This document shows positions 50,861 through 62,338 of a DNA stretch of 64,000 nucleotides, piece by piece; position 1 is the stretch's first letter; the number at the start of each line of letters is the position of its first letter. The notes beneath the pieces were generated by a model. The model saw nothing but the letters and a program-made list of their open reading frames with translations. It did not search any database and was not told where the DNA came from. The position numbers and the translations under genes are program-made. Source of the stretch: Alphaproteobacteria bacterium (GTDB lineage: Bacteria; Pseudomonadota; Alphaproteobacteria; Bin95); contig JAYNYG010000001.1 of NCBI GenBank assembly GCA_038102935.1, positions 35,096 through 99,095 of the forward strand, read 5' to 3'.

Positions 50861-51823
50861 TTGATGGATCAACCGATCAAACAGTTCGATGGAATGACAG
50901 TGTCGCCGCTTGGCGCCGCGCCATTTGGAAAAGAAATTTCGGGCCTGAAGCCCCGCGTGATGACCGAAGCGCAACGCGCCGCGATCCTGGAAGCATACCG
51001 GGACGGCCACGGCCTTCTGTGCTTCCAGTTCGAGGCGATGCTCGAAGAAGATGAACTGCACGCGATGACATCCGTATTCGGCGAAAATGAATTCGCGCCC
51101 GGCTTGATCAATGGCATTGGCAAGAAAGCCTTGCCCGGCGAAGAGCATCTGACTGTCGAAGATCAGGTTGCTGCGCATCAGGCAAACGGGCGCGACCCTT
51201 ACCTGGCCTATATCGGCAATGTCGATCCCAAGTCGCTTGCGGTCGAGAAGACGCCAGATAAGTTCTTTGGCGAATGGGAATGGCATACGGATATGTCATA
51301 CATTCCGACCCCGCCGACCTTCAGTTTGCTGCACGCTCGAATTATTCCCGAAGAGGGCGGTGATACAGGGTTCTGTAGCCAGGTAATGGCGGCGCAAGCC
51401 TTACCGGCGGACCTCCGGCGTAAAATCCTGCCATTGCAGATCAAACATGACTCCACCTACGCCAGCAACGGCTTGTTGCGGCCAGGCATGTCTGTCCCGG
51501 ACTCGCCGATTGAGGCGATTGGGCATCCACATCCGATCATTCGCAAAGTGCCCTCAACCGGCGATGAGGCGCTTTTCCTTGGCCGCCGCACAAACGCGTA
51601 TGTGGTGGGGCTGCCGCTGGACGAAAGCGAGGCGCTCTTGGATGAGTTGTGGGCGCACGCCACTAAGCCAGAGTTCCAATATCATCACAATTGGACCGTC
51701 GGTCAGGTTGTCGCCTGGGACAATCGGATGATGTTGCACATGCGTAGCCCCGTCGATACGTCCAAGGCCCGGTTCATGTGGCGGACACAGACGAAGGGTG
51801 AAGGCGTCGTATCGGCGGCGTAA
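50861..51823 (+). CDS. TauD/TfdA-family Fe(II)/2-oxoglutarate dioxygenase
   Basis: WHTDMSY…D and C-terminal H (…AWDNRMMLH…R) motifs. Confidence 0.8.
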   Translation: MMDQPIKQFDGMTVSPLGAAPFGKEISGLKPRVMTEAQRAAILEAYRDGHGLLCFQFEAMLEEDELHAMTSVFGENEFAPGLINGIGKKALPGEEHLTVEDQVAAHQANGRDPYLAYIGNVDPKSLAVEKTPDKFFGEWEWHTDMSYIPTPPTFSLLHARIIPEEGGDTGFCSQVMAAQALPADLRRKILPLQIKHDSTYASNGLLRPGMSVPDSPIEAIGHPHPIIRKVPSTGDEALFLGRRTNAYVVGLPLDESEALLDELWAHATKPEFQYHHNWTVGQVVAWDNRMMLHMRSPVDTSKARFMWRTQTKGEGVVSAA

Positions 51824-51918
51824 GCCTGCCAGAGAATACAAGACGTTTTTCGAGGCTCTGTCCTGAGCAATAGCGGAGTCTACCTACGCTCAAGGATAGG
51901 GCGTTAAGAGGACTTCGC

Positions 51919-53481
<1,563 letters not shown>

Positions 53482-54803
53482 TGACGGGCCTTGACCGTGC
53501 GGGACCGCTGCCAGGCTACTATCCATCGCCCTGGCCGGTTGAGTGCGGCGGCAATCGGCGCCAGAAAGCTGCCGCTGGAGGGTTGAACGCCCAGGGCGCA
53601 GAAGCCCGCGTTACCTGCCGCAACGATGATCGCTGGCATGTCATGACGATCCGTCGCGCCCCCGGCGAAATATATGTTGGCGGCACGATGCCTGCCTGGC
53701 ATGGTCCAGAACCTTACGGCTGGCTTCAGAAGCTTGATCCCGCAACGCTTGAGCCAACCGCACAATCGCCGGAGCTGCCTGCGGGCGGGCATGTTTGGTG
53801 CGGCGCGATTGCAGCGCATGCCAATGGCGATCTCTATAAGGTCAATGGTTGCTACATGCACCGCCTCGATCCGGAGTGCCATGTGGTGGCGGAACGCCGC
53901 TTGCCCGTCGATCAAGCCCATAACGGCATGCTGATTTTGAGCGATGGCAGCATCGTCACGAAAGATTTGCGGCTGGCCGGGCAGGGGCCGTCCACAGTGA
54001 CGCGACTTTCCGCTGATGGCCTCCAGGTGATGGGCGAGCCGCTTCGGTTGCCCGAAGGCTCTATGGGCCGCATCGCCAGTGATCTGACTGCGGATGGCGA
54101 AGTTATCTATATCCCTGGCATTGAGCATGTTTGGCGCATCCGTGTTGATGGCGATGCGCTTGCGGTCGATGGCGCGTGGTCACCGCGTTATCGTGATGAG
54201 CCGGGGGAACAGGGGCTATCCTGGGACGGATGCGTTTCTGATAACGCGCTCTGGCTCATGGATAATGGCGATATCGATAGCCTCCGGGCGATCTATGGAA
54301 CGCACCCCAACGGCCGTTTCGATGGCCCCGAACATCGCCTGAGTTGGCGCCGCCCGGCGCTTTGGTCAGGCCCGCAACGCTTGCTGAAGGTTTCGCTCGC
54401 GGATGGCGGTATCCAGTCCACCGCGCCATTTGGCACGCCCGGCGGTGGCATCATCGCGCCGCCGGTTTATGTGCCAGAGCATAAGATGTGCATTGCTTGG
54501 GACAGCATTAATGGCGGATTGGCGGGCGTGTCGGACGAGAGCGGCGAATTGAAAGTCGCTTGGACTGTAGATGCGCGGGCATCAATGCAACCGGTTGTGT
54601 TCCCGGATACGGGTGAGCTTGTGATCAACGACTTCACACCCGGCGACGACCGCTTGATCGTTGTCGATATCCAAACCGGCGAAGTCATCGATAGCGTCAG
54701 CACAGGCTCGCACGTTGCGAACGGCATGTTCTTAACGCCAGGCGGCGACCGGGACATCTACTATTGCTCGACCTACGCCGTCGCGCGGGTGCAGTGGGGG
54801 TAA
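53482..54803 (+). CDS. hypothetical protein (possibly beta-propeller-like)
   Basis: Start chosen at the ATG overlapping the upstream stop (TAATG); the track ORF 53364.. is an out-of-context 5' extension. No recognised motif. Confidence 0.45.
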
Positions 54804-54892
54804 TTGGACGCTATAGCGCCGTCACAGAGATTGAAGCCGTCTTTCAAATCTAGATGCAGAGCTCTGATTGGCGCAATTTCCACCAGCGCACA

Positions 54893-54931
54893 CAAAAGCC
54901 GGCTGAGCGTTCCCCGCTCAACCGGCTTTGG
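54893..54931. terminator. bidirectional rho-independent terminator between convergent genes
   Basis: AAAA-GCCGGCTGAGCG-TTCCCC-GCTCAACCGGC-TTTGG is a 12-bp GC-rich stem (1 mismatch) flanked by an A-tract and a T-tract. Confidence 0.6.
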
Positions 54932-54952
54932 CGCTTTGCCTAAAAGCAGAAA

Positions 54953-55612
54953 TCAGGCGAGCGAGGCTACGTCTGCGACCGTCTTGGACGGTTCGGGACG
55001 GCTTGTATAGTCGGCGTCGATATCGGTCATGCGGACGATGCCGGATGTGTCGACAACGATCCGAGCCGGGATCGGAAGGGTCCAAGTGTCGTCGCCATTG
55101 AACTTCGGCAGATTGAGGCCAAAGCCGTTGTAGATTTCCTTCACGGCGTCTGGCACTTCAAAGCGCAGGCCAAGTTCCGCCGCGTAGGCGTTGCCCGGAT
55201 CGCTCAGCAAGTGGAAATTCAACGTATTCTTTACCGCCATTTCCTGATTGTGTTCAGGCATTTGCGGCGTGAGCGCTACGATAGTTGCGCCATATTGGGC
55301 GAGGTCGTCAGCCACTGCTTGCAAAGCATACAGCTCTGCGTTGCAGTAGGGTCACCAAACGCCGCGAAATACAGATACAACGAGCGGGCCTTGGCTCAGC
55401 AAGTCTGCCGAATGGACCTGGACGCCATTGGCATTGTCCAGGCTGAAATCGGGCAGCGAGTCGCCGACTTTGATTGTGTGATCGAGGACGCCGGAATTCC
55501 GTTGATCTTCCGTCGCCTGTTTCATAATGGCGCGTTTGTAGGGCGGAATGCGTTTGGACGAGGCCTCGCGCATTTCCGCCAATTGGGCTTCAAGTGTCAT
55601 GGTAGCTCCCAC
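54953..55612 (-). CDS. AhpC/TSA (peroxiredoxin-like redoxin) family selenoprotein candidate, in-frame TGA at 55352..55354 (complement); 219 aa
   Basis: Track ORFs 55352..55612 and 54953..55324 are co-directional and in frame (660 nt total). My translation across the junction gives …VVSVFRGVW-U-PYCNAEL…, so the TGA occupies the first Cys of the redoxin W-C-P-Y-C motif. Confidence 0.5.
55300..55351 (-). promoter_or_regulatory. possible SECIS-like hairpin 3' of the UGA in the Prx-like gene
   Basis: mRNA UGA-CCCUACUGCAACGCAGAGCUGUAUGCUUUGCAAGCAGUGGC contains CUGC…GCAG and UGCUU[UGC]AAGCA pairings; the fold is less clear than for the UGSC genes. Confidence 0.25.
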
Positions 55613-55749
55613 AGAAAAAATGAGGGGGTGAATGCAGGCTGCCGCGAGAATGCGAGGCCTGCCGGTAAAGTCATCGCCCGCGCGCGTTATAGAGGCAAGA
55701 CATATCTTTGTGAGCAGAAACGGCGATACTTTTGCGAAGGGCGCAAAGA

Positions 55750-56493
55750 TCAGACGACCAACTGCATCCTATCAGCCGCAAAGCGCGCAATCCCGAATTC
55801 TGTCGGCGAGCCATCGTTATCGACGTTAACGCCTTCTGTAATCAGCACTGGGCGTCCACGTGGCAGCGCCAACCTGCGTGCTTCCTCGGCTGTTGGCGGG
55901 CGGGCATAGATGCGTGTCTCCTGGCGCTCATAGTCCGCCAAGCCGCAGGATTTTAGCGCTTCAGTGATGGAGTGTGTTTTGGCGAAAGCCTTATCGATCT
56001 TCGGAAAGCGCGCGGCGCTGAAATAGTGGGTGGCCAGCGAAAACGGTTCGCTATCGACCAAGCCCAGCCGTTCGACGCGCCAGACATGGGCATTGCCGGA
56101 AAGCTTGAGCGCCGACCGCGCGTCCTGGTGGGCGCGCTCCTTTACGCAATCTAGGATGCGTCCTGCCGGTATACGTTGCTGAGCTGAAAGATTGGCGCTG
56201 AACCGAACGCGCTTACCGAGCGGATATTCAACGACTTCCCGGTTCACGAATACGCCGCGGCCTTGCTCCGTCCGCACCAGTCCGCTTTCGGCCAACGTTG
56301 CGAGGGCGCGGCGGACTGTGTGGCGGTTAACGCCGAACCGCGCTGTCAGTTCCCGTTCCGTCGGCAACCGGCCATCTTGCTCGGCAAACTTATTCGCCTT
56401 GATATCGCCTTCGATGGCAGACGCAATTTGTCGCCAAAGCGTTCTGCCATCGCCGCGTAGTAGCGGGCTAGCCTGATCAAATTCATCCGTCAT
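55750..56493 (-). CDS. phnF: GntR/HutC-family phosphonate-metabolism transcriptional regulator
   Basis: N-terminal GntR wHTH (LPTERELTARFGVNRHTVRRALATLAESGLV) plus UTRA effector domain; divergent from phnG. Confidence 0.8.
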   Translation of the reverse strand: MTDEFDQASPLLRGDGRTLWRQIASAIEGDIKANKFAEQDGRLPTERELTARFGVNRHTVRRALATLAESGLVRTEQGRGVFVNREVVEYPLGKRVRFSANLSAQQRIPAGRILDCVKERAHQDARSALKLSGNAHVWRVERLGLVDSEPFSLATHYFSAARFPKIDKAFAKTHSITEALKSCGLADYERQETRIYARPPTAEEARRLALPRGRPVLITEGVNVDNDGSPTEFGIARFAADRMQLVV

Positions 56494-56583
56494 GAAAATT
56501 TCATTACATCCCGCTTTACATGCGCTCGGGCTAAGGATATCTTGCAGAGATATAGATGTCTAGACAAATATGGAAACTGTCTG

Positions 56584-57057
56584 ATGCCAAACCAAGCCGC
56601 AACTGAACGTCTCCCTGGCGGTGAACGCGCTCTATGGATGGGCTTGCTCGGTCGCGCGCCAGCGGCATCGCTTGCAGAGAAAATGGGCGTGCTTGGCGAT
56701 GCGCCGGCGTTCACCTGGCTTCGCCAGCCGGAGATCGGCGCGATCATAGTGCGGGGCCGGGCAGGCGGCACCGGTGCGGCGTTCAACATGGGCGAAATGA
56801 CAGTCACCCGCTGCGCCTTGCGGCTCGCATCTGATCAAGGCCCAGTCGGCCATGGTTATGTGCAGGGGCGGGATGCGCGGCATGCCGAACATGCCGCACT
56901 CGCCGATGCGCTGCTGCAATCTCCCCGGCGCCAGGACGTATTGGACGCAGTGATTGAGCCATTGGAAGCCGAAGAGCAGGCAAAGCGCATGGCGGCGCGG
57001 CGGAAGGCGGGCGCAACGAAGGTCGATTTCTTCACCATGGTCCGGGCGGAGGGGTAG
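56584..57057 (+). CDS. phnG: C-P lyase system protein PhnG
   Basis: Homology to PhnG through …FFTMVRAEG (E. coli …VDFFTMVRGD); start chosen at MPNQAAT (the track ORF starts at 56542). Confidence 0.85.
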   Translation: MPNQAATERLPGGERALWMGLLGRAPAASLAEKMGVLGDAPAFTWLRQPEIGAIIVRGRAGGTGAAFNMGEMTVTRCALRLASDQGPVGHGYVQGRDARHAEHAALADALLQSPRRQDVLDAVIEPLEAEEQAKRMAARRKAGATKVDFFTMVRAEG

Positions 57058-57062
57058 GCGTC

Positions 57063-57677
57063 GTGCAACACACTGAAATAGATATGGCGGCGCTGAAATC
57101 CGGCTTTCAATCTCCTGTATTGGACTCGCAATCCAGTTTTCGTGCGATCCTGAATGCGCTTTCGTTTCCGGGGCGTGTGTTTGAGGTTCCGGCGCCTCCG
57201 GAAGCGCCTGAGGGCTGGCCGCCCGCATTGGCTGCTGCCGCGTTGGCTCTACTGGACGCTGATACGACGGTCTTTTTGGATGCCGGCGCCCGGTCAGCTT
57301 CAGCGGAAGCCTTCATCCGCTTCCATGCAGGCGCGCCTATTGTCGATGCGCCGGGCGATGCGCAGTTCGCCGTGCTGCTTGATGTGGAGAATGCGGGTTT
57401 TGACGCTTTCCAGATCGGCGAAGATCAATATCCAGACCGGTCCGCAACCCTGCTGTGCGCTGTCCAAGACTTTACCGGCGGGCCGCCGATGCGGTTGACG
57501 GGACCAGGCGTCAAAACCCAACAAGATATAGCGACTTCAGGCCTCGGGAGTGCGTTCTGGGCTGCTTGGACGCGCAACCAGATGCTCTATCCGCTTGGTT
57601 ATGACGTTCTGTTAGCGGCGGGCGCCTCCGTCGCCGGGCTGCCGCGCAGCATCGCTGCTGAACCGGCACAGGAGTAG
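57063..57677 (+). CDS. phnH: C-P lyase system protein PhnH
   Basis: PhnH N-terminal motif GFQSPVLDSQSSFRAILNALSFPGRV. Confidence 0.85.
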   Translation: MQHTEIDMAALKSGFQSPVLDSQSSFRAILNALSFPGRVFEVPAPPEAPEGWPPALAAAALALLDADTTVFLDAGARSASAEAFIRFHAGAPIVDAPGDAQFAVLLDVENAGFDAFQIGEDQYPDRSATLLCAVQDFTGGPPMRLTGPGVKTQQDIATSGLGSAFWAAWTRNQMLYPLGYDVLLAAGASVAGLPRSIAAEPAQE

Positions 57678-57682
57678 GGCCA

Positions 57683-58774
57683 ATGTATGTTGCGACCAAA
57701 GGCGGTGAAGCGGCGATTGAAAACAGCCACGCGCTGATCGCTGAGGAACGCCGCGGCGACCCGGATGTACCGGAGCTTGAAGTCAACCAGGTGCGCGAGC
57801 AGCTTGGCGGCGCCGTTGATCGGGTGATGACAGAAGGCTCGCTCTATGATCCAGACTTGGCGGCGCTGGCGATCAAGCAGGCGCAGGGCGATCTGGTCGA
57901 GGCGATTTTCCTGCTGCGCGCCTTCCGCACGACCTTGCCGCGATTCGGCGCCAGCGCGCCCATCGATACCTCGGCCATGACCATCCGTCGCCGCATCTCT
58001 GCCGCCTTCAAAGACCTGCCAGGCGGCCAGGTGCTTGGCCCCACATATGACTATACCCACCGCCTGCTCGATTTCACGCTCGCCGCAAGGGGCGAGGCAG
58101 CGCCCGAAGCGCCAGAAGAAGAGCCGACGGACGCCGCCATGCCGCGCGTCGCAGATATCCTTGGCCATGAAGGCTTGATCGAAAATGAAGCGCCGCCGCC
58201 CGGCCCTGAACAACCCTATGACCTAACCCGAGAGCCGATGCAGTTTCCGGCAGGCCGCGATCAGCGGCTGCAGAACCTGTTCCGTGGGGACGAGGGCTTT
58301 CTGCTGGCGCTCGGATATTCAACGCAGCGGGGATATGGCCGCAACCATCCCTTCGCTGGCGAAATCCGCATGGGCGCTGTGGAGGTTGAGTTCACGCCAG
58401 AAGAACTGGGATTCCCGATTGCGCTTGGCGAGATCGAGGTGACGGAATGTCAGATGATCAATCAATTCCAGGGCGCCAAAGGCATCGCGCCGCAATTCAC
58501 GCGGGGCTACGGCTTGGCGTTCGGTCAGGCAGAGCGAAAGACAATGGGCATGGCTCTTGTTGATAGAGCCTTACGTGCAGGCGAACTCGCCGAAGACCGC
58601 TTGCACCCGCCGCAGGATGAAGAGTTCGTGTTGTCTCATAGCGACAACGTCGAGGCGTCAGGCTTCGTCTCGCATCTAAAGCTGCCGCATTACGTCGATT
58701 TCCAGTCAGAGCTTGTGATGCTCCGCGGCATGCGCGCATCTGCGGAGCTGGCGCAGAAGGAGGCGGCGGAATGA
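57683..58774 (+). CDS. phnI: alpha-D-ribose 1-methylphosphonate 5-triphosphate synthase subunit PhnI
   Basis: 363 aa; MYVATKGGEAAIENSH… PhnI N-terminus; phnGHI order. Confidence 0.9.
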   Translation: MYVATKGGEAAIENSHALIAEERRGDPDVPELEVNQVREQLGGAVDRVMTEGSLYDPDLAALAIKQAQGDLVEAIFLLRAFRTTLPRFGASAPIDTSAMTIRRRISAAFKDLPGGQVLGPTYDYTHRLLDFTLAARGEAAPEAPEEEPTDAAMPRVADILGHEGLIENEAPPPGPEQPYDLTREPMQFPAGRDQRLQNLFRGDEGFLLALGYSTQRGYGRNHPFAGEIRMGAVEVEFTPEELGFPIALGEIEVTECQMINQFQGAKGIAPQFTRGYGLAFGQAERKTMGMALVDRALRAGELAEDRLHPPQDEEFVLSHSDNVEASGFVSHLKLPHYVDFQSELVMLRGMRASAELAQKEAAE

Positions 58775-59715
58775 GCGCCGCCCCAGAAGAAAAAGAAGCA
58801 GCGGGCTCTGGCGCGCAGTTTCATTCCATCGATGGCGTCTACAATTTTGCTTATCTGGATGAGCAGACAAAACGAATGATCCGCCGCGCGCTGCTAAAAG
58901 CCGTTGCGATCCCAGGGTATCAAGTGCCGTTTGGCGGGCGGGAGATGCCCGTGGCCTATGGCTGGGGCACAGGCGGCATGCAGGTCACGGCGTCCATCCT
59001 TGGCGTTGACGATGTGCTGAAGGTCATCGACCAGGGCGCGGATGATACGACCAATGCCGTCTCCATCCGCCGCTTCTTTAACCGCACGGCCGGCGTTCCA
59101 GTGACGGAGGCGACAGATGAAGCGACTGTCATTCAAACACGCCACCGCATCCCTGAAAAAGCGCTCCGCGAAGATCAGGTGATCGTCTATCAGGTGCCGA
59201 TGCCGGAACCTCTGCGCAAGCTTGAGCCGCGTGAGACCGAAACACGCAAGATGCATGCTTTCGCGGAATACGGCCTGATGCAGGTCAAGCTCTACGAAGA
59301 CATCTCCCGTCATGGCGAGATCACGACGACCTATGATTATCCGGTTGAGGTGAACGCCCGATACATGATGGCGCCGTCGCCGATCCCAAAGTTCGATAAC
59401 CCGAAAATGCATGCGATGCCGGCGCTGCAGTTGTTCGGCGCCGGGCGCGAGAAGCGTATCTACGCCATTCCGCCTTACACCAAGGTCCGTAGCCTGGACT
59501 TCGATGATTACCCCTTCGCGCCGCAGGAATTTGATGAACCCTGCGCGCTGTGTGACGCAAAGGGCGTGTTCCTGGATGAAGTCATCCTGGATGACAAAGG
59601 CGATCATATGTTCGTTTGCTCAGATTCCGATCATTGCCGGGACAGGCGCGCGGAGGGCCATGTCGGCGACCGTGCTGGCGAGGCGGCTGACAAGGGTTAC
59701 GGAGCAGAGATATGA
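58771..59715 (+). CDS. phnJ: alpha-D-ribose 1-methylphosphonate 5-phosphate C-P lyase PhnJ
   Basis: PhnJ homology with the C-terminal 4-Cys cluster (CALCDAKG…CSDSDHC) binding the radical-SAM-like [4Fe-4S]. Confidence 0.9.
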   Translation: MSAAPEEKEAAGSGAQFHSIDGVYNFAYLDEQTKRMIRRALLKAVAIPGYQVPFGGREMPVAYGWGTGGMQVTASILGVDDVLKVIDQGADDTTNAVSIRRFFNRTAGVPVTEATDEATVIQTRHRIPEKALREDQVIVYQVPMPEPLRKLEPRETETRKMHAFAEYGLMQVKLYEDISRHGEITTTYDYPVEVNARYMMAPSPIPKFDNPKMHAMPALQLFGAGREKRIYAIPPYTKVRSLDFDDYPFAPQEFDEPCALCDAKGVFLDEVILDDKGDHMFVCSDSDHCRDRRAEGHVGDRAGEAADKGYGAEI

Positions 59716-60491
59716 GCGATCAACCGCTGCTCGAGGCCGAGGGCGTCAGCCACACATATCCGGGCGGACAATTGGGCTGCGCTGATGTCGGCTTCACGCT
59801 GTATCCAGGCGAGGTGCTCGGCATCGTCGGCGAGTCAGGGTCTGGCAAATCAACACTGCTGTCCTGTCTATCCGGCGCGTTGCCGCCAAGCCGGGGTTCG
59901 GTGCGCTTCGATGTGCGCGGGCAGGGGATGCGGGATGTGTTCGCGCTATCGGAACCGGAACGTAGGCTCTTGATGCGGACAGACTGGGGCATCGTCCACC
60001 AGAACCCGCGCGATGGGCTGCGTATGTCCGTTAGCGCCGGCGGCAATGTCGGCGAGCGGTTGATGGCTGTCGGCGCCCGCCATTACGGCGATATTCGGGA
60101 GCAAGCGCTGGATTGGTTGGACCGCGTTGAAATCGACGCGGACCGTGTTGATCACCAGCCGCGCACATTCTCTGGCGGCATGCAGCAACGCACACAAATC
60201 GCGCGCATTCTGGTGTCACAGCCGCGCCTCGTCTTTATGGATGAACCCACGGGTGGGCTGGACGTATCCGTGCAGGCGCGTCTGCTCGATTTGCTGCGCG
60301 GCTTGGTGCGTGATTTGGGCGTTGCGGCGGTTGTCGTCACCCATGATCTAGCCGTTGTCCGGCTTTTATCTGACCGCCTGATGGTCATGCGGCAGGGGCG
60401 TGTCGTCGAAGCTGGGCTGACAGACCAAGTGCTCGATGATCCGCAGCATCCGTATTCCCAGCTCCTCGTATCATCGGTGTTGCAGGCATGA
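59712..60491 (+). CDS. phnK: phosphonate C-P lyase system ATP-binding protein PhnK
   Basis: ABC ATPase Walker A GESGSGKST, signature SGGMQQR, Walker B LVFMDEPTGGLD; position after phnJ. Confidence 0.9.
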   Translation: MSDQPLLEAEGVSHTYPGGQLGCADVGFTLYPGEVLGIVGESGSGKSTLLSCLSGALPPSRGSVRFDVRGQGMRDVFALSEPERRLLMRTDWGIVHQNPRDGLRMSVSAGGNVGERLMAVGARHYGDIREQALDWLDRVEIDADRVDHQPRTFSGGMQQRTQIARILVSQPRLVFMDEPTGGLDVSVQARLLDLLRGLVRDLGVAAVVVTHDLAVVRLLSDRLMVMRQGRVVEAGLTDQVLDDPQHPYSQLLVSSVLQA

Positions 60492-61192
60492 GCCAGAATA
60501 CGATGCTTGAGGTCCAGGACCTCTCCAAGACCTTTGTGCTGCATACGCAAGGCGGCGCCGCTTTGCCGGTGTTTGATGGCGTCAATCTTGCTGTCGAGGC
60601 AGGGCAGTGTGTTGCGCTTACAGGGGCGTCTGGCGCTGGCAAGTCGACATTGCTGCGAAGCCTCTATGCCAATTACCGGCCCTCTAGCGGACATGTGTTG
60701 GTGCGCCATCGGGGCGATTTGGTTGATATAACGGGCGCTGAGCCCCGGTTGCAGCTGGAAATTCGGCGGGAAACGATTGGTTATGTTAGCCAATTCCTAC
60801 GGGTCATCCCGCGTATTTCAGCCGAAGCGATCGTCGCTGAAGCAGCAGTTGCTGGCGGGATGGCGGACGATGCGGCGCTCGCAGCAGCTCGGGCGCTCCT
60901 GCAGCGGCTGAATCTGCCAGAGCGATTATGGTCCGTTCCGCCAGCTACATTCTCTGGCGGTGAACAGCAGCGCGTGAACATTGCGCGCGGCATGATCCGC
61001 TCATTTCCAATGCTGCTGTTGGATGAACCAACGGCCTCCCTCGACGCCGCCAACCGTGATGTCGCCGTGGCGCTCATCCTGGAAGCGAAGGATCGGGGCG
61101 CAGCTATCGTCGCCATCTGCCATGACGAAGGTGTGCGCGCCCAGATTGCCGACGCCATCCTAGACGTATCTGAATTCCAAGCTGCCGCCTGA
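60488..61192 (+). CDS. phnL: phosphonate C-P lyase system ATP-binding protein PhnL
   Basis: ABC ATPase Walker A GASGAGKST, signature SGGEQQR, Walker B LLLDEPTASLD. Confidence 0.9.
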   Translation: MSQNTMLEVQDLSKTFVLHTQGGAALPVFDGVNLAVEAGQCVALTGASGAGKSTLLRSLYANYRPSSGHVLVRHRGDLVDITGAEPRLQLEIRRETIGYVSQFLRVIPRISAEAIVAEAAVAGGMADDAALAAARALLQRLNLPERLWSVPPATFSGGEQQRVNIARGMIRSFPMLLLDEPTASLDAANRDVAVALILEAKDRGAAIVAICHDEGVRAQIADAILDVSEFQAAA

Positions 61193-61204
61193 GGTCTGAA
61201 CCTG

Positions 61205-62338
61205 ATGCCTGAAACTATTCTCGCCAATGCTGAAATCGTGCTGCCCGATGGGGTTCTGCGCGGCGCCGTCACCATTTTGAACGGTAATATCGCCAGTATT
61301 GAAGAAGGGGGCGCCATTCCACCCGGCGCCGTGGACTTGGAAGGCGATACACTGATCCCGGGACTGGTCGAGCTGCATACGGACAATGTTGAGAAGCATA
61401 TGGTCCCGCGTCCCGGCGTTGTCTGGCCAGCGCCTGTCGCGGCGATCCTCGGCCATGATGCGCAGATGGCGGCGGCTGGCGTCACGACTGTCTATGACGC
61501 GATTGCTGTCGGCGAATATCTCGACCGGAACTACCGCCGTGCGCTTCTGGAAACCGTTATGGGCGCGATCAAGGACGCAGCTGCGAGCGGGCTATTCAAG
61601 GCCGATCACCGTGTGCATCTGCGCTGCGAAATCGCGGATGATATCGTGGCGGAATTGTTTGAGCCTTATGCTGATGATCCGATTGTCGGGCTGATTTCCG
61701 TGATGGATCACACGCCCGGGCAACGCCAATGGCGGGATCTCAAGTCCTTTAAAACGTTTAAGAACGCCAATATGAGCGACGCTGATTTCGAAGCCTATGT
61801 GGCGGAGCGTATCGCCAGTTCCAGCGAACAAACAGAGCAGAACCGCCGCGCCATTCTTGATAGATGGGCAGGGCGCGGCCCCGTCGCCAGCCATGACGAC
61901 ACAACGCCTGAGCATGTCGATGAGGCTGTCGCCGACAACATCCTGATTTCCGAGTTTCCAACTACGATGGAAGCGGCGGCGGCGGCGCGCGCCAAGGGTA
62001 TGCGCACCGTTATGGGCGCGCCGAATGTTGTGCGCGGCGGGTCGCATTCCGGCAATGTCTCCGCCCTAGATTTGGCGGAGGCTGGATTGTTGGATGCGCT
62101 TTCGTCCGACTACGCGCCGATCAGCCTCGTCCATGCCGCCTTTGCGCTGCACGAGCGGGTTGGCCTCACTCTGCCGGATGCAGTCGCCACCATTACATCC
62201 AATCCTGCGGATATGTTGGGGCATAGCGACAGAGGCCACATTGCGCCTGGTCTGCGCGGCGATCTCGTCCGCGTCGCCCGGATTGGCGATGCCGCCATTT
62301 TGCGCGGAACCTGGGCGCTCGGCGAGCGGGTCGCATAG
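61205..62338 (+). CDS. phnM: alpha-D-ribose 1-methylphosphonate 5-triphosphate diphosphatase PhnM (amidohydrolase superfamily)
   Basis: PhnM homology including the metal-binding HxH/HTD region (LVELHTDNVEKH) and position after phnL. Confidence 0.9.
   Translation: MPETILANAEIVLPDGVLRGAVTILNGNIASIEEGGAIPPGAVDLEGDTLIPGLVELHTDNVEKHMVPRPGVVWPAPVAAILGHDAQMAAAGVTTVYDAIAVGEYLDRNYRRALLETVMGAIKDAAASGLFKADHRVHLRCEIADDIVAELFEPYADDPIVGLISVMDHTPGQRQWRDLKSFKTFKNANMSDADFEAYVAERIASSSEQTEQNRRAILDRWAGRGPVASHDDTTPEHVDEAVADNILISEFPTTMEAAAAARAKGMRTVMGAPNVVRGGSHSGNVSALDLAEAGLLDALSSDYAPISLVHAAFALHERVGLTLPDAVATITSNPADMLGHSDRGHIAPGLRGDLVRVARIGDAAILRGTWALGERVA

Noticed and set aside
56494-56583. Possible Pho box in the phnF-phnG intergenic region
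   Set aside because: Only a loose TTACAT-N5-TTTACAT direct repeat; poor match to the CTGTCAT-N4-CTGTCAT consensus. Kept as a note in the phn finding, not called as a feature.
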